DNA of 64,000 bases, from assembly GCA_965637545.1 (NCBI GenBank), contig OZ281498.1, forward strand, positions 21,080,001 through 21,144,000, given 5' to 3'. The notes under the pieces were generated by a model. The model was given only the letters and a program-made list of their open reading frames with translations, was not told the DNA's origin and did not search any database. The stretch comes from Phallusia mammillata. Its lineage: Eukaryota. Shown one piece after another: positions 35,801 through 50,800 of this stretch. The first letter of the stretch is position 1. Every line of letters starts with the position of its first letter. Position numbers and translations under genes: made by a program.

Positions 35801-38800
35801 CGAAGAAATGACTGTTTTTTTTCTGAAGAAGAAAGTATAATTTGTAAATATGAAACCAGATTACTTCTAAATTACTTCTTTGGTAAGATTTTTTCACGTT
35901 TTGCTGAAATATTTGCGAAAACGTTCACAGGACCGACTGAAACTCCAAAGAAACAAGGAATACAATCAATTTAAACGTAACAAAGAAAACGAACTGGAAA
36001 TGCTTCGTGCGTCAAAGGGGCTGTCGCCAAGACGATTAAGCACTTGGGCAACCCCAATTTATCTTCCTAATGACCCGAATAATAATAATAATAATCCGGT
36101 GGCAACAAAAGCAGTAAGAATTGATGTCAGGCTTCAAGGATTAGTGAATGCTTTAGCATGCTAGGTGTTATGTCTATTTTCATGTCTATAGACTAGATCA
36201 TGTTGTAGCCTAGTCTAATGAATCACTCATATCTAGGTTTTCAACTGGGCTTATATTCCATATGAAGGGATATATTTGAATATTTGGGTTTTGAACCTAA
36301 ACCAAAAGTCAAAACCAATCAGATCAGTTATAAACTCAAATTTCCAGGACTCTTTGTGGGCAAAATTTTGTGATCTTTTGTGCATAAACAATTAAATTCC
36401 CTTTGACCAGTGGTTCTTAACATTTTTTCTATCGTGGCCCACTTTCATTGCAAAAACAATCTGTGGCCCAGTAAATTTTTAAGATAGAAAGAAAACAACT
36501 ATAAAATAGGTTCAGAACAAAAAAAACATTCATTTTCAATTCTGTGTAGTGACACAAATAAAAGTAAATTCTTAAAAAAAGCTTTCCTATTGATTGGTCT
36601 GTGACCCAATCAAAATGCGTCCATGGCCCACTGGTTGAGAATCTCTATATTTTACACAATTTATTTTCCACTAATTAGCGCAGTGGAAATAGTTGTTTAA
36701 CAGTGTATTAGATTTGCTTATATTTTGTTTTTCTACAAAACAGTGGTTGCATTCAATCTTTGATTACAACATGCTTGTCTACAAATCTGATGAATGTGTG
36801 TAACTAGCATGCTCTTGTACTCTGTAGTCAATGAGTTTTACACCTAATTTCTGTCTTTCAGATATAGTCAATGCTACAAGTAGTCATTTTCTTACATAAA
36901 ATGCTAGACTGCTAGGATACAGCATGATATATATATTTGTGTAGTACATCCTATGTTGTAGCTGCTGTAGTTATGTCCAATAACACTACTTTTGATTGTT
37001 GTACTTTGTGGCAATGTTGAATATGTTCAAAGCAGTGTGAATTAGAGGTTTAAGTATATTAGTTTCAATTTTGTTAAAGTAAGTAGAGCAGTGACAGTTT
37101 AAAAGTGTTTTTTAATAGAAGTGATTTGGTTAAAATTCAAGCAACTGAAAGATAAACAAAAAATATTATCAATTTAATTTCTTTATACATCAGTTCCGAT
37201 TTGTATCACTTAACCAAGTTTCTTCTGTACGTAGGTCCTTATCTTTTCTATTTTCATAACTTGTAACTTGAATTACAGTTCAAAGAATAAATGGTTCTTT
37301 CTATTGCTGGATATTCTTATGTGACTGTTAAAAAAATATGTAGGACCACTCTGTGAAAAAAAATAAAAATTCCGCTACAATCGCTGCATATAGTTAACAT
37401 ATTATCTCTGATTGCAATAAAAAATGCTTAAAGGAAAAAATTCTCACTATTTCAATTTTAGCAGGAGAAGGATTCTGGTCCAACTGCTGAAACATATGAG
37501 GAAATTCTACAGAAAAAACGGAGACAGGAAAAAACGTACAGAAAAGATGACCTGGATGATTTGGATCGAGATGCTGTAATTTATCGGTAAATTTAGAAAA
37601 AGCTTAGGTCGTATTGTGAGTACTGTAGTATCATCAGACTGACCACAACTTAACTACCTGGTACCAAGCACTACTGTTTTTGTGATTTGTAATTGTTTGC
37701 AGTTTTCTGAGGATTACAATTTAACAAGCAAAAGTTCTAACTTTCATACCAGACCCATTCTCTGTAAGTTTGAGAGGAAAAGTCTGATGAACAAACTGCT
37801 CTTTTCAAAGGGTCTAAATTAGAAATCTTTTAGTGGTAATGATAAAAAATTGCAGCATGTGGTATGACTCGTAAAAAAATCCCTTAAATAACAAGCCTAA
37901 CAATTAGGCATTTGACTTGTGGGATTCGCTAAAACACCGTTGCCACTTGAGACTATCAGTTTCAGCCATAAAATATGTTTAGTTTTGTTAATATTGTGTA
38001 AAATTATTTTGAAAACTAATCTTGGACATGATCTTGGATTATGTACAATGTTGAACATCGTTCCCTCACAATTTTCATTTATAAATTCCATGACTTTTCC
38101 AAAACTTTTCATAAAAAAAAACCAAATTTCCACAACCTTATTCGAAAACAATCTAGCAATTCCCATAGTAAAACTAGAAAATAGGAGTTGGTATATGCAG
38201 CCAATTTTCCGTATGTGCAACGAATATACAAAAACGCTATGTTATTTGAAATTCATATCTCTATCTGGCAATTTCAGGGCAAAACAGGCGCCAAATTCCA
38301 TACTTTTTCAAGGACTTTTGCAAAAGTTGGCTTTTTTCAAAACTTTTCCAGGCCTTAAAAATGCAAATTTGAATTCCATAACTTTGCCAGGTTTTCCATA
38401 CCCGCTGGAACCCTGGTTGAACAATCGTTGATTAACAGATCTTTTAGAAACTCTGCACTTCCGATTTTACGATTAAAATTAGGGTTGGAACCCATGGAAA
38501 TGTTTTTATCCTATTTCCTAAACCCGATTGCAGTCAATATATGAACCCAGATCCGGTTGTTTTTCTTCAAATCAACTTTGTCAGAAATTTGGTTAAGGTA
38601 AATTTTAAACTCATTCAAATTCACACAGATGAAAGATAGGTGCCTAAAGTGGGTCTTTGTGAATTTTCACTCTTATTAACCCAATGATTTACTCAAAAGC
38701 CTTAAAATCCCAAATCATAACTAAAACTGGAATCTGCTACAAGCTAGAACTTGATAATACACGACTCTTCGCCAGGAGTTTTTACAAGCAAACAAATGTA

Positions 38801-41800
38801 TCTTACAAAAGCTGCTGATGCCAGCCATGATACCAACTTTATAGAGCTTAAATTTTACAATACAAAATACAATTGCCAGAAGAGCTCTATAATGTTTAAT
38901 GTATCTTACTTTGTTGAAAGCCATGTCATTGTGTTTCACTGTTGATCAAATTTTTTGTTGCAGTGAAAAGTCGCGGAGAAAGGAGTACATTGACGACGAT
39001 GATGATTATAGAAGAGTTCGGATTAAACCACAGAGACGGTAGGTTTTTTATGGTCTACAGAACAAAAATAGACATGGTTTTGTTTTGGGGGCATTATGTG
39101 TGGTCAGGTTTTTTTTAAGGTTTGGTTTGGGTGACCGCTAAGTAGTTTTAAGAGACCGCAAGTGTTTCATTTAAATACCAAAAAATAGCCATTTCCAAAT
39201 TTTGGGAAACCGCTGGAGAAATTTGGGGGACCGTTTCGGTCCCACCTTAAAAAAACACTGTGTGTGGTGATTGAACATTCTTGAAAAAAAAGATTGAAAA
39301 AAGTATTAAAACTTATGTACATAAAAAGGATTATATTACCAAAATGCAGTGATACTTTACCTTTAAGCCAAACGCCTTGTAATGACGGTGTAACTGCAGC
39401 GCTATTTATCTATCATCCACCAATTATGCCCTCCACTTTTTGCGCTAACGTTTTAACGTTATGCAGCTATTTCCGGCCTAATGTTGTTTTAGTGCAATTG
39501 CGTCGCTATGTTATCATTCACCGAGAAATATAAACTCAATTCAACTTAAATAAATGCTACTGCATCTAAATAAATATTCTTAACAATAAGCAAGATCGTT
39601 ACTAGGAAAAAATTGTCCTAAATTAGACGATTAATATCGTGGTATTAACCGTATTTTCTCGATTGTATATCGCCCTCGATTGTATGCCGCATTTTAAGGT
39701 GTTAAAAAATAATGTGTACCTCATTTTATGATGTTAGGTACTATTGTTAAATAACGCTTTACATTGCTACACATAATAAAAAAAAGCATGGATGTAGAAA
39801 CAAAATACCTGTATGGCATAAAAATATAAGCCGCCCTCGATTATAATCAAATAAATACAGTATATTTCGCCGAACTGGTATCATAAGTTCCTTATTCGAA
39901 TAGAATGCAACAATACAACTTCGTTTTAAGGTCGGTACGGGGAAGTCGTTACTACGAAGAAGATAGCCTGGATGACAGTGAGGAAGATTTGATTCGCAAA
40001 ATCCGAGCTAGACGAAAGAAAAGGATGACTCAGCGATATGTTGAAAGCGACGAGGAAGATGACGAAGCAGATTTTGAGAAAAACCATCCCCGTGTGAGTA
40101 TCACTATGCAAGAGAGCCAGAAAAAAGGAATTTTAGATACTTTTTTTCTATAAATGTGCGAAAAATGAAGTATTAGGGAATCTTATTTAATTCGCAATAT
40201 GCTACTTTACAAATGACGTAACTATGACTTAGGAAAAAGAAAACTTTAAATTCGAAATATCTATTCAAAATAGCTAGTTATCTCGTTCTCTGAAGGGGAC
40301 AGAGGACATAGACCTAAAAAGCGACATGCTATATTATTCAAATCTTTCGGCAAATGCTCATGCCATCATCAGTGATATGTGGGGCCATGCTCATGCCATC
40401 TGAAAAACATGTCGCTTTTTACGTCTAGTTGGGCCGGTTTATTCGTCATTAAACAACAGTCAGTTTTTTAACGTAAAAAAAATTTTTAGTCACCCATGTC
40501 TTCTCTACCCAGTGTTTTTCTTTTTGTCGCTATCATTCGTTTTTTTCCCATAGGAGGCCAAACAAGGTCGTCGTCGGTTAAACTCCGCTCAACCTCGCCA
40601 GGCAAAAGACAAACTTGTCCAAGCCGAAAAACAGAATGACCTGCGATCGAAATCAGCTCCTCCCGACCAAGAATTCACAGGTATGTCAAAACAATCCTTC
40701 ATTAAATTTCTACAGAGAACTGTACTATAGGGGTGGCTAATAGAGATCGAATCCAAAAACAGTATTTTTGCCCTTTGTTGACCTAAGGCTGGTTAGACTT
40801 ACTTTTTGTTTAAGTTATTATCAGTTTGGTATTTTTTGCTGATCACTGATGTTGTAAATTTATGTTACCGTGACTACACATATATCTTGTATTAACACTG
40901 TCTTGTGCGTAAAACTAGCTCAAAAATTATCCCAAAATCCATTAATGTTGAACAAAAGTTTAAACAAAGTTTCAGTTACAACGGAGAAACACTTTTTCCC
41001 CTGCAATTCACGAATTTTGAAACACAAACCTATCTTTTCTAAAGGAGTAGTGGAATTTTAAAAACCAAAACGTACCACGACCGAGGAATTTGTTTTGTCA
41101 TAATGTGTATGACGTCATACCTTCCAGAGCCTGCTTGGTTAAACACCGAGCTTTAGAAATAAGGTTATGAATGACCCATCCCTATAAAGAACACCTGATT
41201 TGTCCGCCATTGCCAAAGTTGTTCAACAAGCCACTTATAACATCAAAGATGTGCTGACAAAGCAGTGAAATATTGAATTTCAGGCCTTCCTATCGGCCAA
41301 GTGCCGAGCGCTAACACTGTTCAAAGAAGGAAAGACGAATACAAACTCGAATTACAAAGACAAATGGAGCAAAACCAAATCAACAAACGAAGGTGATTTT
41401 GCGACACATTTCTTATGCTTGGTTCCGACTTTAACTTAATGAATGAATGTTTTGCTTACATCTACTTTTCCATGTTATAGTCCAGTGATTTCTACATAGG
41501 GGGAAGTTTTGTAATTTGTAGGTTTTTTTGTCAAAATGGTAATCTCTTACTGGTTGTCTGTGCTGCATGTTATTGCTGGATTTGCTATATATACGCAAAC
41601 TAAATTTGTAGGGGGGAATTAGATTTGAATATCGACTAAAAGGGTACACAGGACAAAAAAGGTTGGGAACCTTTGTTATAGCCCAACATTGTGTATTATT
41701 AAGTATTAAAATATTTTTCAGAGAAAGAGAGTTGGAGTTACAAGTGGATGCTTCTGGTGCGAATGACCCAGGAAAAAAGGTGCGATAACGTTATGTTGGG

Positions 41801-44800
41801 CTGTAGCTTAAATAGAAACAAATAGCTTAAAATTAAACTGCGTTGTGTTGAGTTAAATTTGATGTCCAAGACCAGTCACACTGGTTTCTAACTTATATTT
41901 CTATCTTTAGCTGGCAAACGTTTAATGGTGTCATCTACTTTTAAATGAAGTATAAGTTAAAGTGAAATCAATCCCCTACAGTCGCAGTTTTTTGGTGATT
42001 ATACTGTTCTCTACTGTTCAATATAATCCAAAACTTTAGACCAAACAGAATTAATCCGTACACAAAAATAACATATTTTGTGCAAATACTCTGTATCGGT
42101 CGATTCTGTTTGGCCTAGGGTTTTATGCTCTAGGTTTAAGACTACTTTTAAATGAAGATCCTTGGTGGTTCAATAATTTGTGCAACAATTTTATGAAATA
42201 TATCGTAATAATAAACTAATAATAAACTTATAAATATATCGTAAAAGTGACTTGTTTTTAATAATTTCAGCCAAATCGTGGTATTGACCTCACACCCCGT
42301 CAGCAAAAACCTGCTCTAAAGAGAGCTGACAGTCCACAAGGTGGCGGCAAAGAGTCAGGCAAATCGCCTCGCCGCAAAAAGAAGTAAGTTCAATAACAAA
42401 AACTCGATTTCAGATGGTCAGATACTCTGGCCTTGGAATGGCACCTCGTAACAAATGTAAAGCACAATTTAAACGTTAAGGTACAAAACATGTTGCTTTT
42501 TATGGCTATTAAAAGTCTATTTAAATGATCACTTCTTTTTTAACACAGTAATTATAGGATTCGTGTATTTTTACAGAACGTCGTTTAGGCGCGATAGTTC
42601 GGATGAGGGAAGCGAAGAGGATGAGCGTAGGCGGCCTCGTTGGTTTCCAAGGCAACCAGGGGGTTACTATCCACCTCCGCCCGCATTGCCAAAGTAAGAA
42701 TCAGTACCCCACATCTATCTATTATAATTAATTATGGTTGTATTATTCAAATAGATTCATAGACAGGGCATTAATAAACATAATCGTGGAACACACATAT
42801 AATAATTGACATACAAACACATTCAAAGTAAACACCACGTCAACTTCAACTGAACAGACTAAGTGTAAGGTCATGCAATGTGCAACTTGCCACATGGCAA
42901 AATCAGTCAGGCATCAAACTCAGTCAGGCATAAATACAGAACAACTATTAAATTCAGCTGGGGACAAATTTAAAGTTAACAATAATTATTTGTAAGAATA
43001 ACTGACGAAGCAACAGTCCTTCCCTATTTGGAATCAGTCCAGCAATAATGTTAAACGATGTATATTTCGCACGTGTGGGCATCATCTTTTTCAAATAGAA
43101 TCAGTTATCGTCGACATTTGATGCCTATTATTTGCTGGAAAGATCCTGTAACTGTAACAAACATTAAACGGTACTTTATTAGAATTCGTTAATTTTAACC
43201 CCACTGGTAAAATCCCCTTACTCTCAAAACATAAAATATTTGTTTTTAGTTACTACCAGCCTCCGCCTACCCAATTTCCGTCACCTTACGACGACGCTTA
43301 CTTCTACTATGGGTCACGAAACCCGCTTGACCCCGCTTCTGTGGTGGGTCCCATACAAGCTCCACCTGGGGCCGCTTCTTACCCCGGTGTTTCCCCGATG
43401 ATGGCCGCTGTTGCCACCAGAGGCGCACGTAAGTTACATAAAAAATGTGTTTTAGGCCTTGCTTGCTTTAACTTAAAACTTAGGACTCGTTGGAAATTGG
43501 ACTGAAAATTGCACAATAATAAAATTGTAAAAATGTAGCAAGTTTTTGAAAAATGAAATTGCAAAAAATTTAAATCTGTATTTGAGAGTTTCACTGGAAA
43601 AAACTACAGATTTATATGTACTGCAAACTAACTGTCCAAATTGTCGAAGTCCTAGCTATTGAGTTCAGATATTACAAAAGCGTTTTTTTGTTCTTACAGT
43701 GGTTTTGGGTGATTTTTTGGGGTTTCAAATACAAATATAAAGGAAACAAAACCTTCTGATTTTATTTTTAGCCACAACAGCGCCCCCAGTGACGACAAAC
43801 GAGTTCACACAGGACACATTGACAACAAGAACGTAAGTTTTGATTGCGGCTTTTTGCAAGAAATATTTTTTTACTGTCATCCACCACTTTTTACTGGTTA
43901 AGAATTATGTAACTGAGTAATACTGTACTGTACAAAACACATCGACCACCATTTGTTTTCTTTGCTTAAAAACACGACCTCCGCTCTTCTAAATACGCTT
44001 TGGAGACACCCTGGACTGACCCGCAATAATCTTTTCCGCAAAGCGTCGACCAATAGGAATGTTTTCTGTATGGGGCGCTTTGCGATAAAAGTGCAGTCCC
44101 TTCTCGATTATCCATAGCTCGTTTTGTCAGCTACGTTCAAAAACTGCCCTAGAAAGTCTGCTACTGTTTGATACGTTTTGCAATCATTATTGCATAACCA
44201 ACTACGATTGTATGTCTTTCAATTTTTGGAAAGCTTTATATACAACAGGCAAAGTTAGAGAAAAACAAGGGTTTTATCGGTTGAAGCCAGGCTACAGATA
44301 TGGTTGATTATTACGAATTCAACTAAGTATTGTTTGCTTATTCAATTCTTTTAAAATAAAATTGGTTCCAACTAGACTAGGTTATCGAGGAAGGTCTATA
44401 TTGGTCTTGCCTGCAGTAATAAAATACTTGTGCAAAATACATTGTCTTACCCTAAGAAACAGCTCTACTATTGCTAGAGTAATACCTTGCATATCAAGAT
44501 TACATGCTACCAAGCTGTAGCAATGACTAATTAACACATTATATTTTTTGTTCAGTACACGAGGGCGAACAGGTGACAAGTTTGAATCGAGTTTGGTTGC
44601 AGACGAAACACGTGACTCTGTGAAAAAGAAAGAAATGATGACGCAATATCAGGAGGAGCTTAGACAACAAGTAAGCAGAGTAGTACAGAGTTAATAGCGA
44701 GTACAAAATTGCGGCCCAAACCCTGCGACAAAAATATTTTAAAAAATAACGCACTAATTAGGGCCGAAAGTTTGGTTAAATTGTGGTACAAATGATACCG

Positions 44801-47800
44801 AGTGTGAAGTTAGTCCGAATCATGTTTATTTAACGGCGGCTAACAGTGCGACACAACTCCACAGTCCATAGTTGTGTTACCTTGGTGTCGTCGATGACGG
44901 CGACGGGTTACTTCGGGTCACAGTGTCCCTAAAATGAGAGCTGATCCACATTCTGGTATCGATAACCCGGGATGTATTGAGTTCACTTATTGTTTTATTT
45001 ATCACCTGCACATAGTTTGCTTTTAACAAACCGAAGCACAGAAATTTTACGAACAACACATGTACATTTCATATCACGATTTTACGAAATACGTTTTTTT
45101 TAGTTTTTTTTTTTAGTTTTACTACAAGATGCAATAAACAACTTAAAACTGCTCGCATAAATATTCATTAATGTAGTACAGCGGTTCCCAAACTTTTCTA
45201 AAAATTTTGCCTGGTGGACCCTTTGCAATTATTGTGATATTTCGCGGCCCTACAAAAACCAAAGAATGCTATAGGAAAAATGCAAAACCATTGTTTCTTA
45301 TAGTACACTAGTGCAGTCACGACATTTTTTAATGTAACAACTTTCTAACTTAGTGGTTTTCAAACTTTTTCATTGTTTTTTCAAAACGGTCACTTTGCCA
45401 TTATATCGAGGACTCGCGGACCTTAAGCCTGAATGTGTATTTTAGCAATACGAAAGTTGCTTTACACAATTTTAGCCTATGCAAAATTACACATAGGTAT
45501 GCAAAATTACACATAACAATGATCCAAAGACGGTTTGTGACATCGCAGACAAGACAGAAAACATTACGATAGTGCGCAAACAATTGCATTCTTGATAGTT
45601 GTCATGCAATAAAGGGTATCTATTGTATAGTAATGGAGGCAGTAGATCTCTAATTTTACCTTGATTTAAACCTATTCAGTAACACAAATTGACGCCAAAT
45701 AAGACTATAGAGGCACGTCAACCTTTTCGCGGACCCCGCAAAATTGCTTCGCGGACCCCAGTTTGGGAACAGCCGATGTAGTAGATCACCGTCACTGAAG
45801 ATTTTTGGAATGTTTTAAAAAAGGCCGTTGTTACATTGTCTGTTGAAGCAGTGATGGGAACTGCTAGATAACGTCTGAGGTTTGGTGGTGCAAACCCTCA
45901 TAAAAGACTTTGAGCCGTTTAGTAAAACGAAATCTTCTGCCCAGTTCACAGAGATTTTCATAAACCAGGAAACCACCACGGCTGGTGATTGTCCAGGAGT
46001 AGTAAACTGTGAATGCTGTAGCCATTTTCTTTTTTATAAGTTGTCTGTAAAAAAATTACAAAAGTTTACTTGTTGTTGTTACCTTTCCTGCAAAATGTAT
46101 TTCTTGGCATGAACTTTTAAACGATGTATCAGGTTGTCTTAGTTACTGAACAAACACAACTAGAAAAATCTGCAGTATGACGTACGAAAGGCTGTTGTAA
46201 GTTCTTTAAAATATTTGGCTATTTTCATGACATTTTTTTCTCTACAAATATGTGTTATTCTGCCTTATACTGCACATGTTTCAACAGACAGTGTACATAT
46301 GTGAACAGAATAATATACTTCTAAGAAAAACCTCTGCAAGCTAAGACTTTGTTTTTACCATTGGACTACTGGAAATAATGTAAAACTTGGCAGCAAACCA
46401 AACCTGTTTAAATTGCATTAGTTGCTGATCGCATGTAACCAAAGGGTTGAATAATTGCAATATAAACAACTGTCTGTCGCTGCATTTTGTGCAACTCAAC
46501 TGCAGTGATATCCCATAAATCCAATTTAAATTTGACTACTTGAGACCTGCGAGTATCTTAACGAGCCTCGCACAGTGCATGTACTTCCATTACTACGGGA
46601 AGGGTATTCCCCTTCAATACTTCCGCAACGGCAATCCACACGCATTTTGGTAATGATTAACGTTAACCGAACAGTGTCAATTGTATTTGCGAGACAAAAT
46701 TCGCTTACATGCGTTTAGTGCGGGCTTGAGACGACCCCTAGCGTTAAATACATGCATCACAACATTCCTTCTTTGAAACTGTATTGATTTGATGTTTTGA
46801 AGGGTAGCGGTAAACAATAACATTTAATGAATTGAACCCGATTAGGCTGGTACAATCGTTTTTTGTCCGTGGCGCAAAATAGGCCACTTTGTCTGCAAAA
46901 TGTTTTGTTTAATTCATGCAATTACAAAGTTCCATTGAATGAAATGGCCTACTTGCATTCACTTACTGCGATTCTTTTTGAAACACTGGTCGCCCAGGAT
47001 ATTTTGGCCCAAGCCTTTTTGTACAGGTTTGATGCCAATAAACATACCATGTCATGCTCAATGAGTAGTCTAAATTAACGCTCCCGTTTTCACCCAGATG
47101 ATGATAAAAGAGAAAAAGAAAGAGCAAGCGAAGTTAGAGCAGGAGCGATACGACCGAAAAATGGAGGAAGAAGCGAGAAACTACAATCCCTGGGGAAAGG
47201 GCGGTGGTGGAGCACCAATGAGGGATGTACATGGAAAGCTTGTGTGTAAGTCATGTGTTCCTAACCTTTTTTTAGATTGCAGCACACAACTCAATTTTTG
47301 TGAGGGAAACATTTGGTAGCGTAAAAGCAATAAAAATTGTTTGAAGAAAATAACTTGAGATTGTCATGCATGATTACAGAATAGATGTCTAGCACACGCG
47401 CATTTTGTCATCGAACTTTCACAACAAAAGATGGCTGTTTATTAACGACTTTTATGATACCACAGTACAATGATTAAAAGCACAGATGGAAAGGCACAAT
47501 TGTCAAAAAATGTGGTACATACCGTAGTATGATTCAGCCGGTTCACACCGGTTTTATAGAACTGTCTCACGAAATTTTATGAGATCAGCGAACCGGTTAG
47601 CGTTACTGGTTACTGTCAATAGATTTTTGCATCCTATCTGATACCCTGATTTTTGAGATCCAAGTAGCTCACGTGTTTTGTATATATTTTGTGAAGGAAC
47701 CGGCTGGCAAAAAATTGGAATCCCACCACTGGGTACAATGGTTAAAAATACTGTTGAAAGACCCTAAGTTAATTTCCTCTTGTATTACTAGAGGTTTGCT

Positions 47801-50800
47801 ATGGTGACAGCATTGTATTTTGTGTTTTTTGTAGCTGACTTGCGTCAAATGCACTTGGAAAATGAGGATTTGGTGCGCGACCCATCAAAGGTGGTTGATA
47901 TTGTGAAACAACGACAACAAACTGAACGAACTTTGGTGGATTTAAACGCAGATACCTTTCCAACCGACCAAGTAAGTTTGTTGATTATTCTGTACGCCTA
48001 GGTTGACGGGAGAACTTCGAAAGTCACACCCACTAGTGACGCGTTTACTCACACGCATCGAAACTTGGCATTTTTCTATTACCTCCATTGCCTGTTTATA
48101 ACTGTCGTTTTTGTGTTGCTTCCCCACATGCCTCGAAAATGGCGCAGCGGCCCAATTAACCTTCAACCGCTTCATCACTCCAGTTAACCTTTTGTGTAAG
48201 CTACTTACCCTCCAACTCCCTCATACCACCTTTCCTTCTGTAACAAGGGGTGTGGTCTGAGTTTAATTTTGCTTGAAACAAGTATTTGTTGTGCTTGCAA
48301 AGTACATGATACTTACCAAGCTATGTACACAAAGGAATTAAAATTCTGACAATAAACAGACCTTTCGACAACGTTATGTTTTTTACAAACATATTTATTT
48401 GTACTTGTCAAAATCTTTTAATCTGTAAACTGTGTACAAACGGACATAAAATTATGTTGCTAAATAATAATGTTGTATTCTATACGTCCCTTTTGGTTGA
48501 GAGTAATCCCTAAAAATGATGGCAGAAAAATGCCGTAAAAAACGTAAAGTTAACAAACGACAAGGACAGCCACATCTTGCCGGCAGTTTTGTTTTTAATT
48601 TCAGTTAACTTAACTTGTTACTGTTACACAGGACGGCGGTACAGAAAACGCGTTGAGTCCCCGTTTTGGAAGAAATAATCCATTTGAGCAAAAAGAAACT
48701 GTTGAACAGAAAACACAACGAGACATGTATAAAGAAGAACTTGAAAAACAAGTAAGACTCAAAAAAATCAATGAGTTTGTAAATGAATTTTCTTCAATTG
48801 TCCCAAAATCCCTCAAACCACATTTCCTAATATGACCTCATAAATATTCAAACACGTATAACTTCCGATATGACGTCATAAACATGTCCAAACACGTATA
48901 ACTTAAATCGGAATGCTTGAAATAAATGCCGTATACAATTGTATTTGTGACGTCATAACTACTGCCTAAACTCTGATCGTGACGTCATAGACATTGCGAT
49001 GACGTAACAAAGAAACCGTAAAATAAATTCCATTATGTCAGAAAACTTTATCATGACGTCGTAGAAAATCGATTGTGACGTAATATTAGGTGTTGATACT
49101 GTTTCATTGTGACGTCACAGATCGCTGAGCGACGCCGGGAGGAGGCGGTGAGGAAAGAGAAGTTGCGGATCGAGGATGAGAAGCAGGAGCGGAGGATGGA
49201 AGAGCAAATCAAGAAGATGCAGGATGAGTATGATGAAGAGCGGAGGAAAAAGCAGCAGAAAATTGACGAAGTACGATTTGCTACTGGATATTCAAACAAG
49301 TGTAATAGTGTAAAACTGTATTGAAAATACCGTCTCTCAAAAATGCCCACCAAAAATAAATGACAAAATGTTTTTGCGCAAATTTCACGGGATACCCTTC
49401 TCACCTCTTTCCTTAATTCACATATTTTGCCATTTTTGGACACTAAATTATTCCCATAATGGAAAAAAGTTGTATTTATGTGACAAACCGGTTTATTTAG
49501 TTAGTGTTACCCATAAAACCCTAAGATAACACAATTTGGGTGTTTGTGAAATTGGCAGTGTGCACTGGTATTCACGGGTCCCCTTCACTGAAGCCGTTTC
49601 CAGAGGGAAAAAACTGTAAAAACTATTTTGCGTGTATCATAATTTCTTTTCCCATTCGTAAGACCTTCGTCGCAATACCAACAGTTTTGAATAAGAAAAC
49701 CCTCTTACGCCTACCGAGATATTAAATCCAGCTTTAACTATTAGATCGGAATCTGCAAATCGGTGTGCATGCAAAAATGGGGTTTTGCTTTTTTTCTAGG
49801 TTTTGCTTTACGTAAACAATGTTGTTTCTCATTTTAGCAACGACGTAAGAATGAGGAGCTGCAACAAGCAGCAGAAGAGAGAAAAAAAGAGGAAGAGCGA
49901 AAGAAAAGAGAAGAAAGAGAAAGGAGAGAAGAAGAAAAAAGGCAGGAACAAGAAAGAGAATTGCAACAAAAACTAAACGTAATTGAGTTCAAATCAAATA
50001 CTTCATACATTGAGTTTTATATCACATTGTTTTATCATTACAGCAAAACAAGCCACGCTCTCCACCAATCAGAGTGCGCGAAAACCCTGCTCATTCAACC
50101 GTGGCGGATGTGCAACGGTCAGTGACAAGAAGGTATTAGCTCTAAAAAAAATTACAACTTTGATCCACATTTACTTTTTTTACCTAACATACTGGCTGAA
50201 TGAAATAAGCTATTGCTGCCAGGCATAATGTTAGACCAAGTATTGCTCATCCAGCAGTTTTTATTGTAAACAATCGACGTTTCAACGTCCTATACAAGAC
50301 GCCTTCATCAGGATAATGACATAACTTGCAAGACGAATGTCTTTTAAAGCGACAAAATGCAAAACACACACATGTAAAACAGCGATAACAAGATCGCGCG
50401 CTGCAAACTCGCACCACCGTAGAGGTAAAACAAGCTCAGTGGTGTAAAAGCGACCGATAATTTATCGGCATTAGAACATCTGTTTTAACGTTCATTGTGT
50501 TGGCGCGTGAATGGATGTTCCAAGACTCTAGGAAACTTCGCTTGTGGTGATCAGTTTCCTTCACCAACACCTGAGCAGCGGAAAAATTAATGCTGTGGTG
50601 GTGAGTCGTTGCATGGTTTGCCAACGGTTAAATGGCTACCCGAACTGGATTCTCCGTGATCACAAAAAGGTTGCACGGAAAGAAATCCAGTACAAAGAAC
50701 GTGCCTTCGTCACCTTACCTTACATACCAAGGTTAACAGATATAATACGTCGCATGTTAACCGATTTCGGAGTATCGGTTGGGGTCAAACCAGCAAACAC

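Noticed and set aside
36078-36096. (AAT)n microsatellite
   Set aside because: Short poly-Asn run inside a CSPP1 exon; ordinary.
37919-38431. 170-aa ORF in a CSPP1 intron
   Set aside because: TTG start, low-complexity AT-rich codons, overlaps a MITE-like end (CTGGAACCCTGG), no splice support or motif.
48001-48250. Extra CSPP1 exon after CTAG at 48000
   Set aside because: It would need an intron of about 29 nt, and the 47971-48632 junction is already in phase.
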